In this document: positions 29,556 through 40,200 of the stretch, piece after piece
Position numbering within the stretch: position 1 is the stretch's first letter
Layout of the letters: each line of letters starts with the position of its first letter
DNA from: Acidobacteriota bacterium
Lineage (GTDB): Bacteria; Acidobacteriota; UBA6911; RPQK01; JAJDTT01
Direction of reading: 5' to 3'
DNA length: 64,000 nt
NCBI GenBank assembly: GCA_965217775.1
Contig: CBDCJH010000002.1
Location: forward strand, 5,312,001 to 5,376,000
Made by a program: the position numbers and the translations under genes
Notes under the pieces: generated by a model
What the model was told of the DNA's origin: nothing
Seen by the model: the letters and a program-made list of their open reading frames with translations, nothing else
Databases searched by the model: none

Positions 29556-30039
29556 CGGTTCCTTCTGGCGAACAGCCATAGCGTCCCGGATGCGCTCCGG
29601 TGTCCGGACGGCAACTGAACGGGCAGTCTTCCCAAATCGGACCTCGATCCGCCTCATGCTAAATTGAACTCAGTCGTTACACCTATAGGAGACCCTATCC
29701 CAGACCTGCGAAGCTATCCTGGAGGTTGTGAACAGGAGGGATATTTCCGAGCGGCGCTGCCACGAACGGCCCGGGCTTTCGAGTCGGTGTCCCTGGAGCC
29801 CCTCGAAGGAGGAATTGTCGAGCCGAAGTTCTGCGCCTGCGTCGAGCACGTCCACGAGATCCCGGCTCCAAGATTGTTCCGGCGCAGAATCGGTCTGTTG
29901 GAGTGCCAATGCCATTCAAACTGAATCCTCTCTTCAGCCGAATCATGCGGAATGATCTCCAGTCCAGCGATGAACGAGCCGTGATTCCGCGCGCCCGACC
30001 AATGACCGATTCCAAAACTCAGGGAACACCATCAATTGG

Positions 30040-30068
30040 TTGGAATCCTTAATCAATATGCTTATATT
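30040..30068 (+). promoter_or_regulatory. Putative sigma70 promoter of the NYN-NTPase operon
   Basis: TTGGAA-17 nt-TATATT in an AT-rich patch. Confidence 0.45.
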
Positions 30069-30086
30069 CGTGTCAGGATCGCACTG

Positions 30087-30800
30087 GTGATTGCTCTTAT
30101 TGACTACGATAATCTTGATATCCTGGTACGTCGTCGTGGCGTGAGGCACGTCATAACTAGTCTGCTCCAGGCGCTGGTTCGTCAGCGAGTCGCCGGAGAG
30201 CGGACGATAGACTGCCGCCTATACGGCGGCTGGTTCGAAAAAACATCGCTGTCCCCCCACGCACAACGGCTCTTGCCAGAGGTGCGGCGCGAGTTCCCGA
30301 GTTCCATAACCGTCCCCGATCGCGAGGGCACAAGGATTATTCTCGTTCGCGCAGAGCTAGCGCTTACGATGGTTTGCGATCCCAAAGTAGAACTCACGCA
30401 TACGTACCGCCGGCGTTCACTACCGCGACGTTTACAATGTGTCGCACCGCCCTTCCCGAACTGCGCGGATCCATCGCGTTGTCCAATTGCGAGCCTCAAT
30501 CCGTTCATTCGGGACGATGCGTGTCCAGTGGACAGCTGTGTTGTTACGCCCCGTACAGCATTGAAACGCGCAGAGCAGAAACTGGTCGACTCCATGATCG
30601 TCATCGATCTGGCACATCTGGCGGACGTGACGTCGGAGCCTCTGATCGTGGTTTCGGCGGACGATGATCTTTGGCCGGGCATTCGCTTTGTACTTCTACG
30701 CGGAGCGCGCGTCGTACATGTGGTACCTCGCCACGGTAGATCGGCGTCGGATCGGTATCTGCGTCTAGAAACGGCAAGGTATACCCAACTCGTATTGTAG
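30087..30800 (+). CDS. NYN/LabA-like PIN-fold nuclease with Cys-rich insert
   Basis: IALIDYDNL, RLYGGW, EQKLVDSMIVIDL, LIVVSADDDLWPGI; GTG start with AGGA RBS. Confidence 0.8.
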   Translation: MIALIDYDNLDILVRRRGVRHVITSLLQALVRQRVAGERTIDCRLYGGWFEKTSLSPHAQRLLPEVRREFPSSITVPDREGTRIILVRAELALTMVCDPKVELTHTYRRRSLPRRLQCVAPPFPNCADPSRCPIASLNPFIRDDACPVDSCVVTPRTALKRAEQKLVDSMIVIDLAHLADVTSEPLIVVSADDDLWPGIRFVLLRGARVVHVVPRHGRSASDRYLRLETARYTQLVL

Positions 30801-30810
30801 GAGGCAACAC

Positions 30811-33084
30811 ATGCAGATCGATGATTTCATGCGAATCGTGACTTGCTTTGCCGATCACGGAGATGATGTGTACAAGAGCCAGGGTGAACTGGTGGTTCAA
30901 ATTCGAGATGAGACGATAAGTGCCAAGTTGCTTCAACGTGCCGGACGGTTGATCGTCGAAGAAGATGATCAGCGGATGCCTGCCGAGTCATGGATCGTGA
31001 ACCGCGTGGCGCGAGTTTCACTGTTGGCAAATCGCGTTTGTTCGTACGTTTCGCCACCGCCTCACTTTGTCACGCCATCCGGTCGCTTTCTCGATCGACC
31101 GGATCAGGCATCCTCAGACGACGATGTCCACCAGGAGAACGTGGTGCAGACTCTGACTGAGACGCTCGACCAACACGTTGCAGGTACGACATCGGTAGTC
31201 TACCTGACGTCCGATGCGGGCGAAGGCAAGACGTCACTCATCGATTTTCTGGCCGTCAAACAGGCGGAGGAATACCGGGCGAAACGATCGGATTGGCTGC
31301 TCGTCCCGATTCCTCTAGGGGGAAGGACGTTTCTGAGGTTTGACGACGTAGTCGTTTCGGCGCTTGTGAACCGGCTGCGCTTTCAACTTCTCTACTACGA
31401 CGCGTTTCTCGAGTTGGTGCGCCTCGGCGTACTGGTGCCAGCTTTCGACGGTTTCGAAGAGATGATCGTAGAGTCGTCCCCCGGCGAAGCTATATCTGCA
31501 CTCGGTGGTTTGGTCACACGCCTACAGTCTGCTGGAACGCTTCTCATTGCGGCTCGCAAGGCATATTTCGACTATCCTAGCTTCAGTTCGCAGGCAAGGC
31601 TCTTCGACAGCATCGGTGCCGGCCGAGATGTGGCGTTCAATCGTGTTTCGTTGAATTGTTGGGACCGAAACAAATTCACGCAGTACGCGCGCAAACGAGG
31701 TGTGGATGCCCCTTATGATCTGTTTAATGTGGTCGCGGATCGGCTTGGCGAACGGCATCCCGTGTTGACCCGTGCCGTGCTGGTTACTCGACTCGTCGAC
31801 GTCGCGAGAAACGAAGCTGATCTACAGGGGGTACTGAAACGCGTCGGACAGGATCCCCAGGATTACTTTCACGAGTTTGTCAGCGGCCTCGTAGAACGGG
31901 AAGCCAAGCACAAGTGGTTGGACACCTCCGGAGATCCACCCCAGTCGATATTAACGACTGAGGAACATCACGAATTGTTGGCTAGTTTGGCGCAAGAAAT
32001 GTGGCTAAGCGCCACGGACGATCTCAAGATGGATGTCATACGTATCTTGGTAAATCTGTTTGCGAGTGCGAAGAAGAAATCTCCAGCCGTGGAGCGACAG
32101 ATCCTGGAAAGGATCAAGGAGCACGCGTTACTCGTCAGGTCCGGCTTCGATCGCAAGGGATTGGCGTTCGATCACGAGGACTTCAGGTTCTTCTATTTTG
32201 GACAAGCGTTGGGACGAATGCTCTATGAGTGCGATTCCGGCACAGTACGGTCAACCATGGACAAGGGGGCATTACCGGCATCGGCGGTGACTGAAGCTGT
32301 CAGTACCGTGCGACGTCATGGTGCAGACCTGCGCGAACTGCTGGGGATGCTGCAGCGGCTTGCCGATAATGAGCTACCGATGTCGTTCGTGAGGGAGAAC
32401 TGTGGCGCCCTGGCGGTTGCCTTCGCTGACGGCAACGCTGACGGCGTGTACGAGGTGCAGAACATGAGCTTTCCTGACGGTGCGTTGCGGCAGCGTCGTT
32501 TGAGGAATTTCACAATTTCCAGTTCGTATTTTCATGCAACCAGCCTCGCCGATGCGGCATTTTGCAACTGCGAGTTTCTGAACTGCGAGTTTGAGCGTCT
32601 TGAGATAGACGGCTCGGAGGAAGTGTCGGAATCGTCTCTTGATGACGAATGTAAAATCTTCAGCGTTGTGCGTGTAGATGGCGAAGATCAGCACGCGCAA
32701 TTCGATCCGCAGCAGATCCGACGCGAGCTACGTCAGGCAGGATTCGACATCGGCGGCGGTGCAACGATCGAGGTCGAACCTCCGACGGAAAGCCCTGATC
32801 CTGACAGTGATTTGCGCTTGGTTCAGCGATTCCTGCGGGGTTTTCTCCGTGCCACAGCATTGAATGAATCAACAATACGCCGGCGACTCGGTGTGAATTC
32901 AAATCACTTCTTCAATTCGTTGCTGCCGAAATTGCTACAGGCGGGTGTTGTAGCGAAAATACCGTACCATGGGCACGGTGATCAGAGGCGGATGAGACTG
33001 TCGGCACAGATGACCCGCATAGACGAGGCCATGAGCACCACTGGCGGGGACGTTGCCAGTTTTATTCAGGCGTTCGGGGAATAG
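30811..33084 (+). CDS. STAND/NACHT-like P-loop NTPase with pentapeptide-like C-terminal repeats
   Basis: VVYLTSDAGEGKT Walker A variant, LVPAFDGFEE Walker B, LLIAAR sensor, FDHEDFRFFYF (NACHT WHD-like), SSYFHATSLADAAFCNCEFLNCEF; GGAGG RBS. Confidence 0.75.
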   Translation: MQIDDFMRIVTCFADHGDDVYKSQGELVVQIRDETISAKLLQRAGRLIVEEDDQRMPAESWIVNRVARVSLLANRVCSYVSPPPHFVTPSGRFLDRPDQASSDDDVHQENVVQTLTETLDQHVAGTTSVVYLTSDAGEGKTSLIDFLAVKQAEEYRAKRSDWLLVPIPLGGRTFLRFDDVVVSALVNRLRFQLLYYDAFLELVRLGVLVPAFDGFEEMIVESSPGEAISALGGLVTRLQSAGTLLIAARKAYFDYPSFSSQARLFDSIGAGRDVAFNRVSLNCWDRNKFTQYARKRGVDAPYDLFNVVADRLGERHPVLTRAVLVTRLVDVARNEADLQGVLKRVGQDPQDYFHEFVSGLVEREAKHKWLDTSGDPPQSILTTEEHHELLASLAQEMWLSATDDLKMDVIRILVNLFASAKKKSPAVERQILERIKEHALLVRSGFDRKGLAFDHEDFRFFYFGQALGRMLYECDSGTVRSTMDKGALPASAVTEAVSTVRRHGADLRELLGMLQRLADNELPMSFVRENCGALAVAFADGNADGVYEVQNMSFPDGALRQRRLRNFTISSSYFHATSLADAAFCNCEFLNCEFERLEIDGSEEVSESSLDDECKIFSVVRVDGEDQHAQFDPQQIRRELRQAGFDIGGGATIEVEPPTESPDPDSDLRLVQRFLRGFLRATALNESTIRRRLGVNSNHFFNSLLPKLLQAGVVAKIPYHGHGDQRRMRLSAQMTRIDEAMSTTGGDVASFIQAFGE

Positions 33085-33288
33085 CGTTCAGGCCGGGCTA
33101 TCGCAGTCTTCTCCATTCGGCGCGGGAGCTGAGTCAACAATCCCTATAGATTACGGTAAATTCGCCAAAGACCCGAAGAGGGTCGCAAGCGAGGGTCGAG
33201 GTGCAGTCCACCGCACTTCGCAGACTCGAGGGCCAGAATATCGCCGCTTCTCTCTGTCTTACAAGTTTCGGACAACCAAAAGACGGGA

Positions 33289-36200
33289 TCAGATGCCTGT
33301 CGACCGCTTCAGAGCGTGTCGGATCACCTGTTGTAGACAATCGGGCTCATTCAGAAAGTAGACCCCGTCCTTCTTCCAATCGCTTACGGAGCGCTGGCCA
33401 TCGCCGATTCGAGACGCGGGCGTGACCGACAGGATATAGGCTCGGAGTCGTAAGTTTGGGTCATCCTTGCACACGCGATTTTCGATCGCCGCGATGTCGT
33501 GGTGTAACCGGACCTTCTTGCGTTCCCGATCGCCGAACCGGGCCAATCCCTTGGGATCCACGAACAGTACATGCTGGCGATCGGCATCCTTCAGCCAGAC
33601 GATGAAGTCCGGGTAGTAACCGAAGTCGTCGAAGAAGGACACTCCCCGACCGCGCGTCAGATTACGGATCAGGAACAATTCCTTGCCTTGCAGGCATGAG
33701 TCACTGTTCTGCGCCAGCCTTTCCAACCTCTCGACGACCTGCTTTTCGTGCCTGTTCAAAGGGACAGGTTGAATCGCGAATGTCTGGTCCTTCCGAACAT
33801 GGAGCAGCGGTTGATAGGCATGAATCTTCGCCTGAAGGATCCCGACCTTCAGATCGTGGTACCAGTCTTTCAATGCGTCGTTTGGCCCATTTTGGACGTC
33901 ATAGCTCAACTGGTGGGCATCCTTGATCAATTGGTCTTTGGTCGCGTCCACGGTCAGCTCGTAGGTCGCGACGTTGTTCGGATCGTTCTCGTCGAGTGTG
34001 ACGACTTCGATGCGGTCATGCTCCCAGCGCTGGCGTTGTTTGCGCCAGAAACGGTCGGCGTACTCGGTCAACAGATCGACTGCGATGTCTTCCATCCGTC
34101 GGAGTTGTTGCATCCCCGTGACGTCCCGCCGTTTCGGCGGCAGATAGAGTTCGTACCAGCCTGTACTTTGCAGTAGACGTTCCACCGTTCGCCGTTCGAT
34201 GACCAGATTGCGCCAGCCTTTTTGCCGCTTACGCAACAGCAGACGATCGTACACTCGCGCTTGGTCGAAGAAGGCGGTATAGGGCTCGAGGCTGATCTTT
34301 TCCTTGTCTGTTTCCTCTGGGGCTGCCATGTTCCCGGACTCAACGGCCTGAAGCCGTGAGTACAGATCCAGCGTCACGATGGGATGTCCAGGAATCTCCG
34401 GGTCCGGCAGAATCGGGCGCTCGGTCGAAAATTCGTATTTTTGATCCTCGTTGAGCCGAATCAGCTTCAGATCCTTCCTTTTGGCGAAGTTCCAGGTGAC
34501 GGGCACGCGAATCGTTTCCTCTTCGGTGCACATCCCTCCCTTCTGCAATAAATCCCGAAAAGTTTGCATGTAGTTGGCGCGCAATCCGAAAATGTACAAC
34601 TTCTCCAATTCAGCCAACTCGTCGCTGTCCGGGGGCACCGAAACCCCGCTCATGCGATGCCGCTTGAGACTCATGTTCCAGCCCTTGAGACGCACGCCGC
34701 GACCGAACATCTGGACGATTTCAGGCCCTTCACGCACACCGACGTGCATCAGCCCCATGGTGCTCACACGCCAGGAGTTCCAGCCGGCAATGAAGCGGCG
34801 CGCTCCGATAACAACGTTCACCGTCGAATCCGCCCGGTCCACGGTCGCAAAGAGGCGTTCGGAAAAGCCCATCTCCCGGTCGACGTCAAAATCGGGATTA
34901 GGGTTCTGAGTGAGCAGCTTGTAAAGAGCGCCCGAATCCCCGACGTTGACCACACCGAAAGGGACGTGGTCACCACTGCGCAGGTGAAGTTCCCCTTCAC
35001 CTGCAGTCAGATAGACTACGTGCATCCTTCCCGAGCCGTGAAACAGGATCTCGCAGAGGTCGGCGTAGACTTGTTTTCCGTCCTTTGGCAGGTGGGGAAA
35101 TCGGCCTGCGAAATAATTGTTGCCGGCATGGTCGAGCAATCCCGACTGTCCCGTCAGCAGAGCCTCGATCATGGACTGCACGTTTTCTGCACAGCCCAGA
35201 ACCCACCCGAGAAAGTTCAGGATGCGGACGATGTCGGATTTGGTTGTCCTGGCTGCTTTGCTCGATCCCGTCACCGTCTTGCCCAAGAAAACCCAGAGCG
35301 GCTTGGTCACGTTGAACGCATTCCAGAGCGCGCCCTTGTTCCGCCAGATGCGGCACTGCTGGTAGAAGGTCAGCAGGCAGCCCAACAGGTACATGTTACT
35401 GTTCTCATCCTGCATGCCTCCCGGAAGATTCAGGATGGCGTAGTCCTTGCCGTAACCGTCCATATGGAACTGGCGGTAGGAGTAGTCGAAGAGCAGGCAC
35501 TTCCCGTAGGCGTTCAACAGGTTCTTGTCATTGTATTTACCCACTACCTGATTGAACGTGGCGGAATACTCGAAGGTAAAGCCGCCGCGGGCGAGTTCGC
35601 TGCGACGCTTTCGCCAGACCTTGCCCGAAGCGCCCAGGTGTCCCTCGTCGACCAACACCAGGTTGTCGTCGCCAAAATCCGCCACGGCGACCCGCTTCAC
35701 ACCCTTTTTCTCAGCCAGCTTGTTCAGGTCGATGATCTCGACAGGGGTGAACAAATTTGATTCTGCCTTGCTCGAAAAACGTCGTGCTTGAAAGCCACTT
35801 AGCCGCAAATCGCGTTCGTGCTGTGCCGACATTTGCTCGTTCGGCGTCAGCAAAACGACGTTGTTCAGCTTTCCACCGGCGCGGTCCAAATAGTGCCGGT
35901 ACTGTAATATGTGAGCATGCATGAGGAGGGTCTTACCGGACCCCGTAGCGCTCTGAAATGCCAACGTTCGCAAATCATCCGGCTCGTAGTCCGGAACGGA
36001 GTGGATCAACGGACCTTCATATTTGGTGCGGTTCAGGTCAGACCGTAGTTGTTCTGGATCGTCGAAGTACCGGTACAGATAATGCTCGGTGAATAGAAGG
36101 GCTAAGTATTGGTGAGGTTTCCAGGTTCGGCCATGTTCCCCCGTCATGCGCAACTGGTAGCTAAGACTTACGATATTCGCATCGTATTCTGAAAGCTGGA

Positions 36201-36378
36201 TATAGGCAATTGCGGCCCGTTCGGGATTCACGTAAAGTGCCCGAAAGTACTCACTTTCACCCCCGTATAGTTGTCCGGGGACATCGCGTAAACGTTCAAG
36301 CATCGTGCCCATGTCGTCGTAGCCAAACTCCTGGCATACGAAATCATGAAGCAGGAGCCGTTTCTGCAATGTGGTCAC
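33289..36378 (-). CDS. res: Type III restriction enzyme Res subunit
   Basis: ATGSGKT, LVDEGH, EYSATF, QMFGRGVR, C-terminal YPDFIVW...FVDPKG nuclease motif. Confidence 0.9.
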   Translation of the reverse strand: MTTLQKRLLLHDFVCQEFGYDDMGTMLERLRDVPGQLYGGESEYFRALYVNPERAAIAYIQLSEYDANIVSLSYQLRMTGEHGRTWKPHQYLALLFTEHYLYRYFDDPEQLRSDLNRTKYEGPLIHSVPDYEPDDLRTLAFQSATGSGKTLLMHAHILQYRHYLDRAGGKLNNVVLLTPNEQMSAQHERDLRLSGFQARRFSSKAESNLFTPVEIIDLNKLAEKKGVKRVAVADFGDDNLVLVDEGHLGASGKVWRKRRSELARGGFTFEYSATFNQVVGKYNDKNLLNAYGKCLLFDYSYRQFHMDGYGKDYAILNLPGGMQDENSNMYLLGCLLTFYQQCRIWRNKGALWNAFNVTKPLWVFLGKTVTGSSKAARTTKSDIVRILNFLGWVLGCAENVQSMIEALLTGQSGLLDHAGNNYFAGRFPHLPKDGKQVYADLCEILFHGSGRMHVVYLTAGEGELHLRSGDHVPFGVVNVGDSGALYKLLTQNPNPDFDVDREMGFSERLFATVDRADSTVNVVIGARRFIAGWNSWRVSTMGLMHVGVREGPEIVQMFGRGVRLKGWNMSLKRHRMSGVSVPPDSDELAELEKLYIFGLRANYMQTFRDLLQKGGMCTEEETIRVPVTWNFAKRKDLKLIRLNEDQKYEFSTERPILPDPEIPGHPIVTLDLYSRLQAVESGNMAAPEETDKEKISLEPYTAFFDQARVYDRLLLRKRQKGWRNLVIERRTVERLLQSTGWYELYLPPKRRDVTGMQQLRRMEDIAVDLLTEYADRFWRKQRQRWEHDRIEVVTLDENDPNNVATYELTVDATKDQLIKDAHQLSYDVQNGPNDALKDWYHDLKVGILQAKIHAYQPLLHVRKDQTFAIQPVPLNRHEKQVVERLERLAQNSDSCLQGKELFLIRNLTRGRGVSFFDDFGYYPDFIVWLKDADRQHVLFVDPKGLARFGDRERKKVRLHHDIAAIENRVCKDDPNLRLRAYILSVTPASRIGDGQRSVSDWKKDGVYFLNEPDCLQQVIRHALKRSTGI

Positions 36379-36392
36379 GGTACAAACTCCAT

Positions 36393-37289
36393 CTATAGAG
36401 ATGGGGCTGCCTTCTGATTCAAGCTTACAAGATATGCTGCAAAAGATGCACAGGCCCCGAACATGAATACAGCCTCCTCAAGACCAACGTTGGGAGAATC
36501 CTGATCCAACAACGCATGTCGGATTCCCTGCTCGTCACTTGTGTAACCGTATAATTTCTTAAATCCTTGTTTCAGGCCCGGATGATCAAGCAGTCCCTCC
36601 CTCTCCAGAGAATCAAGCGCGGCGCCGAGAGTCTTGTTAGCCCTTGGATCAATCATGCAGGCAACTGACTCCACGGCGTGAATACTGTCCCTAACCGCAT
36701 TGGAATATTGTCCAGAATTGATATTTACTGTTGCGTTGCGCAGATGAGTCGACGCGCCGTCCATGCCTCCTCTATGAATCGTTTCTGTGGCCTGCTTCAC
36801 CGCCTCACCTTGTTCCTCACTACTACGTGGGAAAAATCTAAAAGGATCCCGTGTTGTATCTAGCCTGTAAGCAGCGGAATAGCTATCAAACAATGAATTG
36901 ATCGTGTGTGCGTATTCCACTTTGCCGAGCGTATCGTTCGTTATGATTTCAATAAGATCAAGGACCATATTAAATTTATGTCTGATGATAATATCCTTTA
37001 GATCATTCAATATTATGCGATATTTCAAAGTATCAATTTCGTCTTCAGGTTTTCTCAACAGATTCCCAAGGATGCGTTCAGCGAATTGGCGCCCCTCCGG
37101 TCTGAAATACTGACGGCCACTGTGAATGTTGGTTCTACTTATTGATAATAATTTTCGGGTTTTGTTCCATAGTTCCCGTCTTAGATCATTTGACACCTCT
37201 TCCAATCGCATCGGTTCTGGTAAACGTGCGTAACCATGGCGTTGCGAAAATGTGAGATTGTTAAACGAGTCGTCTCGATTATCGGTCAC
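36393..37289 (-). CDS. AbiJ-NTD4-like / HEPN-like protein
   Basis: TFSQRHGY...LRRELWN N-terminus; NAVRDSIHAVES and LYGYTSDEQGIRHA C-terminus; AT-rich. Confidence 0.7.
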   Translation of the reverse strand: MTDNRDDSFNNLTFSQRHGYARLPEPMRLEEVSNDLRRELWNKTRKLLSISRTNIHSGRQYFRPEGRQFAERILGNLLRKPEDEIDTLKYRIILNDLKDIIIRHKFNMVLDLIEIITNDTLGKVEYAHTINSLFDSYSAAYRLDTTRDPFRFFPRSSEEQGEAVKQATETIHRGGMDGASTHLRNATVNINSGQYSNAVRDSIHAVESVACMIDPRANKTLGAALDSLEREGLLDHPGLKQGFKKLYGYTSDEQGIRHALLDQDSPNVGLEEAVFMFGACASFAAYLVSLNQKAAPSL

Positions 37290-40200
37290 GTTCAGTCTCT
37301 CCAAACATCAATTCTCGGAAGATCGGTTCGATGGATTTGGCTATCCAGCTTTCGCCCGGTCGCTGTAACGCATTCAAGGTGTGATCGCCGTTCACGTAAA
37401 TGATGTTCAGTTGGCCGGCAAACTGGTCGCGGTGACGCTTAAACCAGTCATCCAACGCAAAGCAGTCCGTGTCATCCGTATTACGCCATAGGATCAGGCA
37501 TCTGCGGCCCTTTGTGTCTGTACCCGTGGCGGCGAGTACACCGTCGATCCGTCGTCGGGACTCGACACGTAGGCCGATCAGAAAGTTGAATGTCTCGGGA
37601 AGGTCCACCGGGACTTCGCTACGGAGACCATGGCGCACGATAGAGATGGTGTAAGCGAAGGGGTCTGAGAAGTCCTTACCGAGGAGACAGGCGCTGCCAG
37701 ATGCTTCCAACCCGAGCATGTAGCGTAGGCGATAGTCCTCAGCGAACTCCGGATTCGCCGCCAGCAACTCCCTATTTCCGTTCGACGGCGGCATTACTTC
37801 GAGGCAGTCAAGCGTATCTTCATAGGATTCGAGACGGATGTACTTGAACAATTGTGTGATGCCCTTGCGTGAGACTGGTTTCCCGTCTTTCCAATCGGAC
37901 GAGTAGACAATCTTCTTTATGCGCGGCAGCATCACCGTGTCGAAGTGACGACCCATCTCAACGAGAACGTACTTACGCTTTCCGCCATCGATCCGGTTGA
38001 GATTGATGACTGCATGTCCGGTAGTCCCGGAACCGGCGAAGAAGTCGACAATTTGGGTGTCACGTCCTCCGCCTCCCGAAGCGCGAATGCAATCCTCTAC
38101 CAATGCGACTGATTTCGGGAAGTCAAGAGGATTATCCACGAACAGGTTCTTGAGAACCTTGGCTCCATGGTTGGAGGATGCATATTTACTGTCGCCCCAC
38201 CATGTCTTTGGAGCGGAAGAAACATCCATACGCTGAATAAAGTGAATGCTAATGTTCTGCTTTCCTGAGGATAAGGATAAGACATCCCTTTTTACACGAT
38301 ACTCGCCAGTCTGTACCTCGCGAGATACCCGTTTCCAACCTCGCTCCCAATTCTTTTCGATTCTTTGACCATTCTGTTCCTTAACGGGCCAGACGACAGT
38401 CTCATTTTCCGCGAGGCTCTCAAGAATTTGATATTCGGTCTTTTGTTCGTCCCATATCATGTCGGGGATCCGCAAAACATCGTCGTCACCGACTAAAATC
38501 GGGTAGTATAATTTCGGACGATCAGCACGCCTATCATTGGTTCCCGTTCTGAGAAGATTGCGCCACGCATATCGTCCTATTTCGTCCCGATGTGGGTATC
38601 GTTGTTTTTCTTTTTCTGTTTTAATCAACGGTCCGGGGTAGGCATCCTGTCGTCCATAAAACAAGGCGTACTCATGGGTCGGCGACAATTTGCCGCGAGA
38701 AGTTCGGCCAATTGGGGTCGAACGAACGGAAGCAATCCCTATTTCCTTATCAAAAAGACTCTGTAGGAGTGCACGCAGCCGCCATACTTCTTCATCGTCA
38801 ATCGCACAACAGAGAATGCCGTTACGTGACAAGAGATTCTTGGCGAGCGAAAGGCGGTTTTCCATCAATGACAGCCAAGAAGAGTCCTTATAGTCGTTCT
38901 TGTATAGAATTGCGGAAGAGTCGGTGTTGTACGGTGGGTCAATATAGATGCACTTCACCCGGTCATCGTACTGCCTTTGCAACAATTGCAGTGCTTGGAA
39001 GTTCTCCCCATGAACCAGCAAGCCGTCCAGGCCCTCCTCGAGAGATCCGGCATCAGACAGGGTCGCCAGAAGCCGCTCGGTGAAGTAGTGGTCAAAATGG
39101 CGCGTGTCTAGTACCAAATAGGGGTTGGCTCTGAGAAAATCCAAGCTCGGCGGGTTTTCCCATACGAGGCCAGCATTCGTCAGATCGGCCTGGATCTCGT
39201 CGACAGCAAACAGTTTAACCCACTCGTCGCATTGTGCTGCGTTACTAGCGACCTCGGCGTACAACTCCTCAGGCACGCGGTCCAAGGTAATGCACCAATG
39301 GGTTTCGAGAACGAACTTCTTTTTGAGCCAGAGCTGCTTCTGAAAATCCTCCAATTGGCCCAGGAAGTCGATGATTTTCCCACCAACGTGGCGAATCGCT
39401 CGCACGCGGGCCAGTGCGCGGTCCAAGCGGGTGGCATCGTCGTGCTGCAGATCATCCAGGTTCAGGATCTCGGTATTCAGGTACAGGTCCAACTCGCGAT
39501 GGAGGAATCCGCTCAGATCCTTGTGAATGAAGTAGTCGAATCTGTTCTTGGAGGTATAGCGCTCGACGTGTTTGGCGAGCACTGTGCGTTCGTTGTTGGC
39601 ATCCGTCGGAGCCGGCGTGGACAGTAGTGTTCGCCAATCCACGTCCGTAGCATCGAGGATTGTAATGACCGACGAATTGTTGATTTTGCTCTGTTGTGTT
39701 CCGATGTTGCCTGGCCATTTCTTTTTCTCGCCCTCCGTCAGCGAACGGTGCTCAAAGCGGACGACCAGTTCGCCGTCGGCGACGGTAACGGCGCCGCTCC
39801 CGCTGGCGAGGACGAATCGGAGCTGCCGGTCGGCGACTTCCTCGATGGTGTCCTTCTCGTTGTCCGCCGCTGCGATCTCGAAACGGACGCGCCTCTCAGT
39901 TGCGCCGGATCCGACCAAAAAGGCGTAGGCAGAGTAATTCTCCGTCGTTTTGACGTAGTACTGGTCGGAATTGGCCCAGTGCAGCTTCACCTCCTCGCCG
40001 TCGTAAGGAATCAGATAGGCTGATTGGCCGCCGCTTGAGTAGCGGCGTTGTGAGATGAAGTCGCCCTCGCTGTAATAGCGGGCGAAGAAGTTGGCGAGAT
40101 GATTGTAGACGTCGGTCTCAGCATCCGCGTCCTTCTTCATCTCGGCGAGCCGCCGATTCAAATTGATGATATCGGTCGACGGATTTTCGTCCGGGTCGTA

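Noticed and set aside
29660-30086. Retron-like ncRNA upstream of the NYN gene
   Set aside because: No reverse transcriptase in the window and no clear a1/a2 inverted repeats
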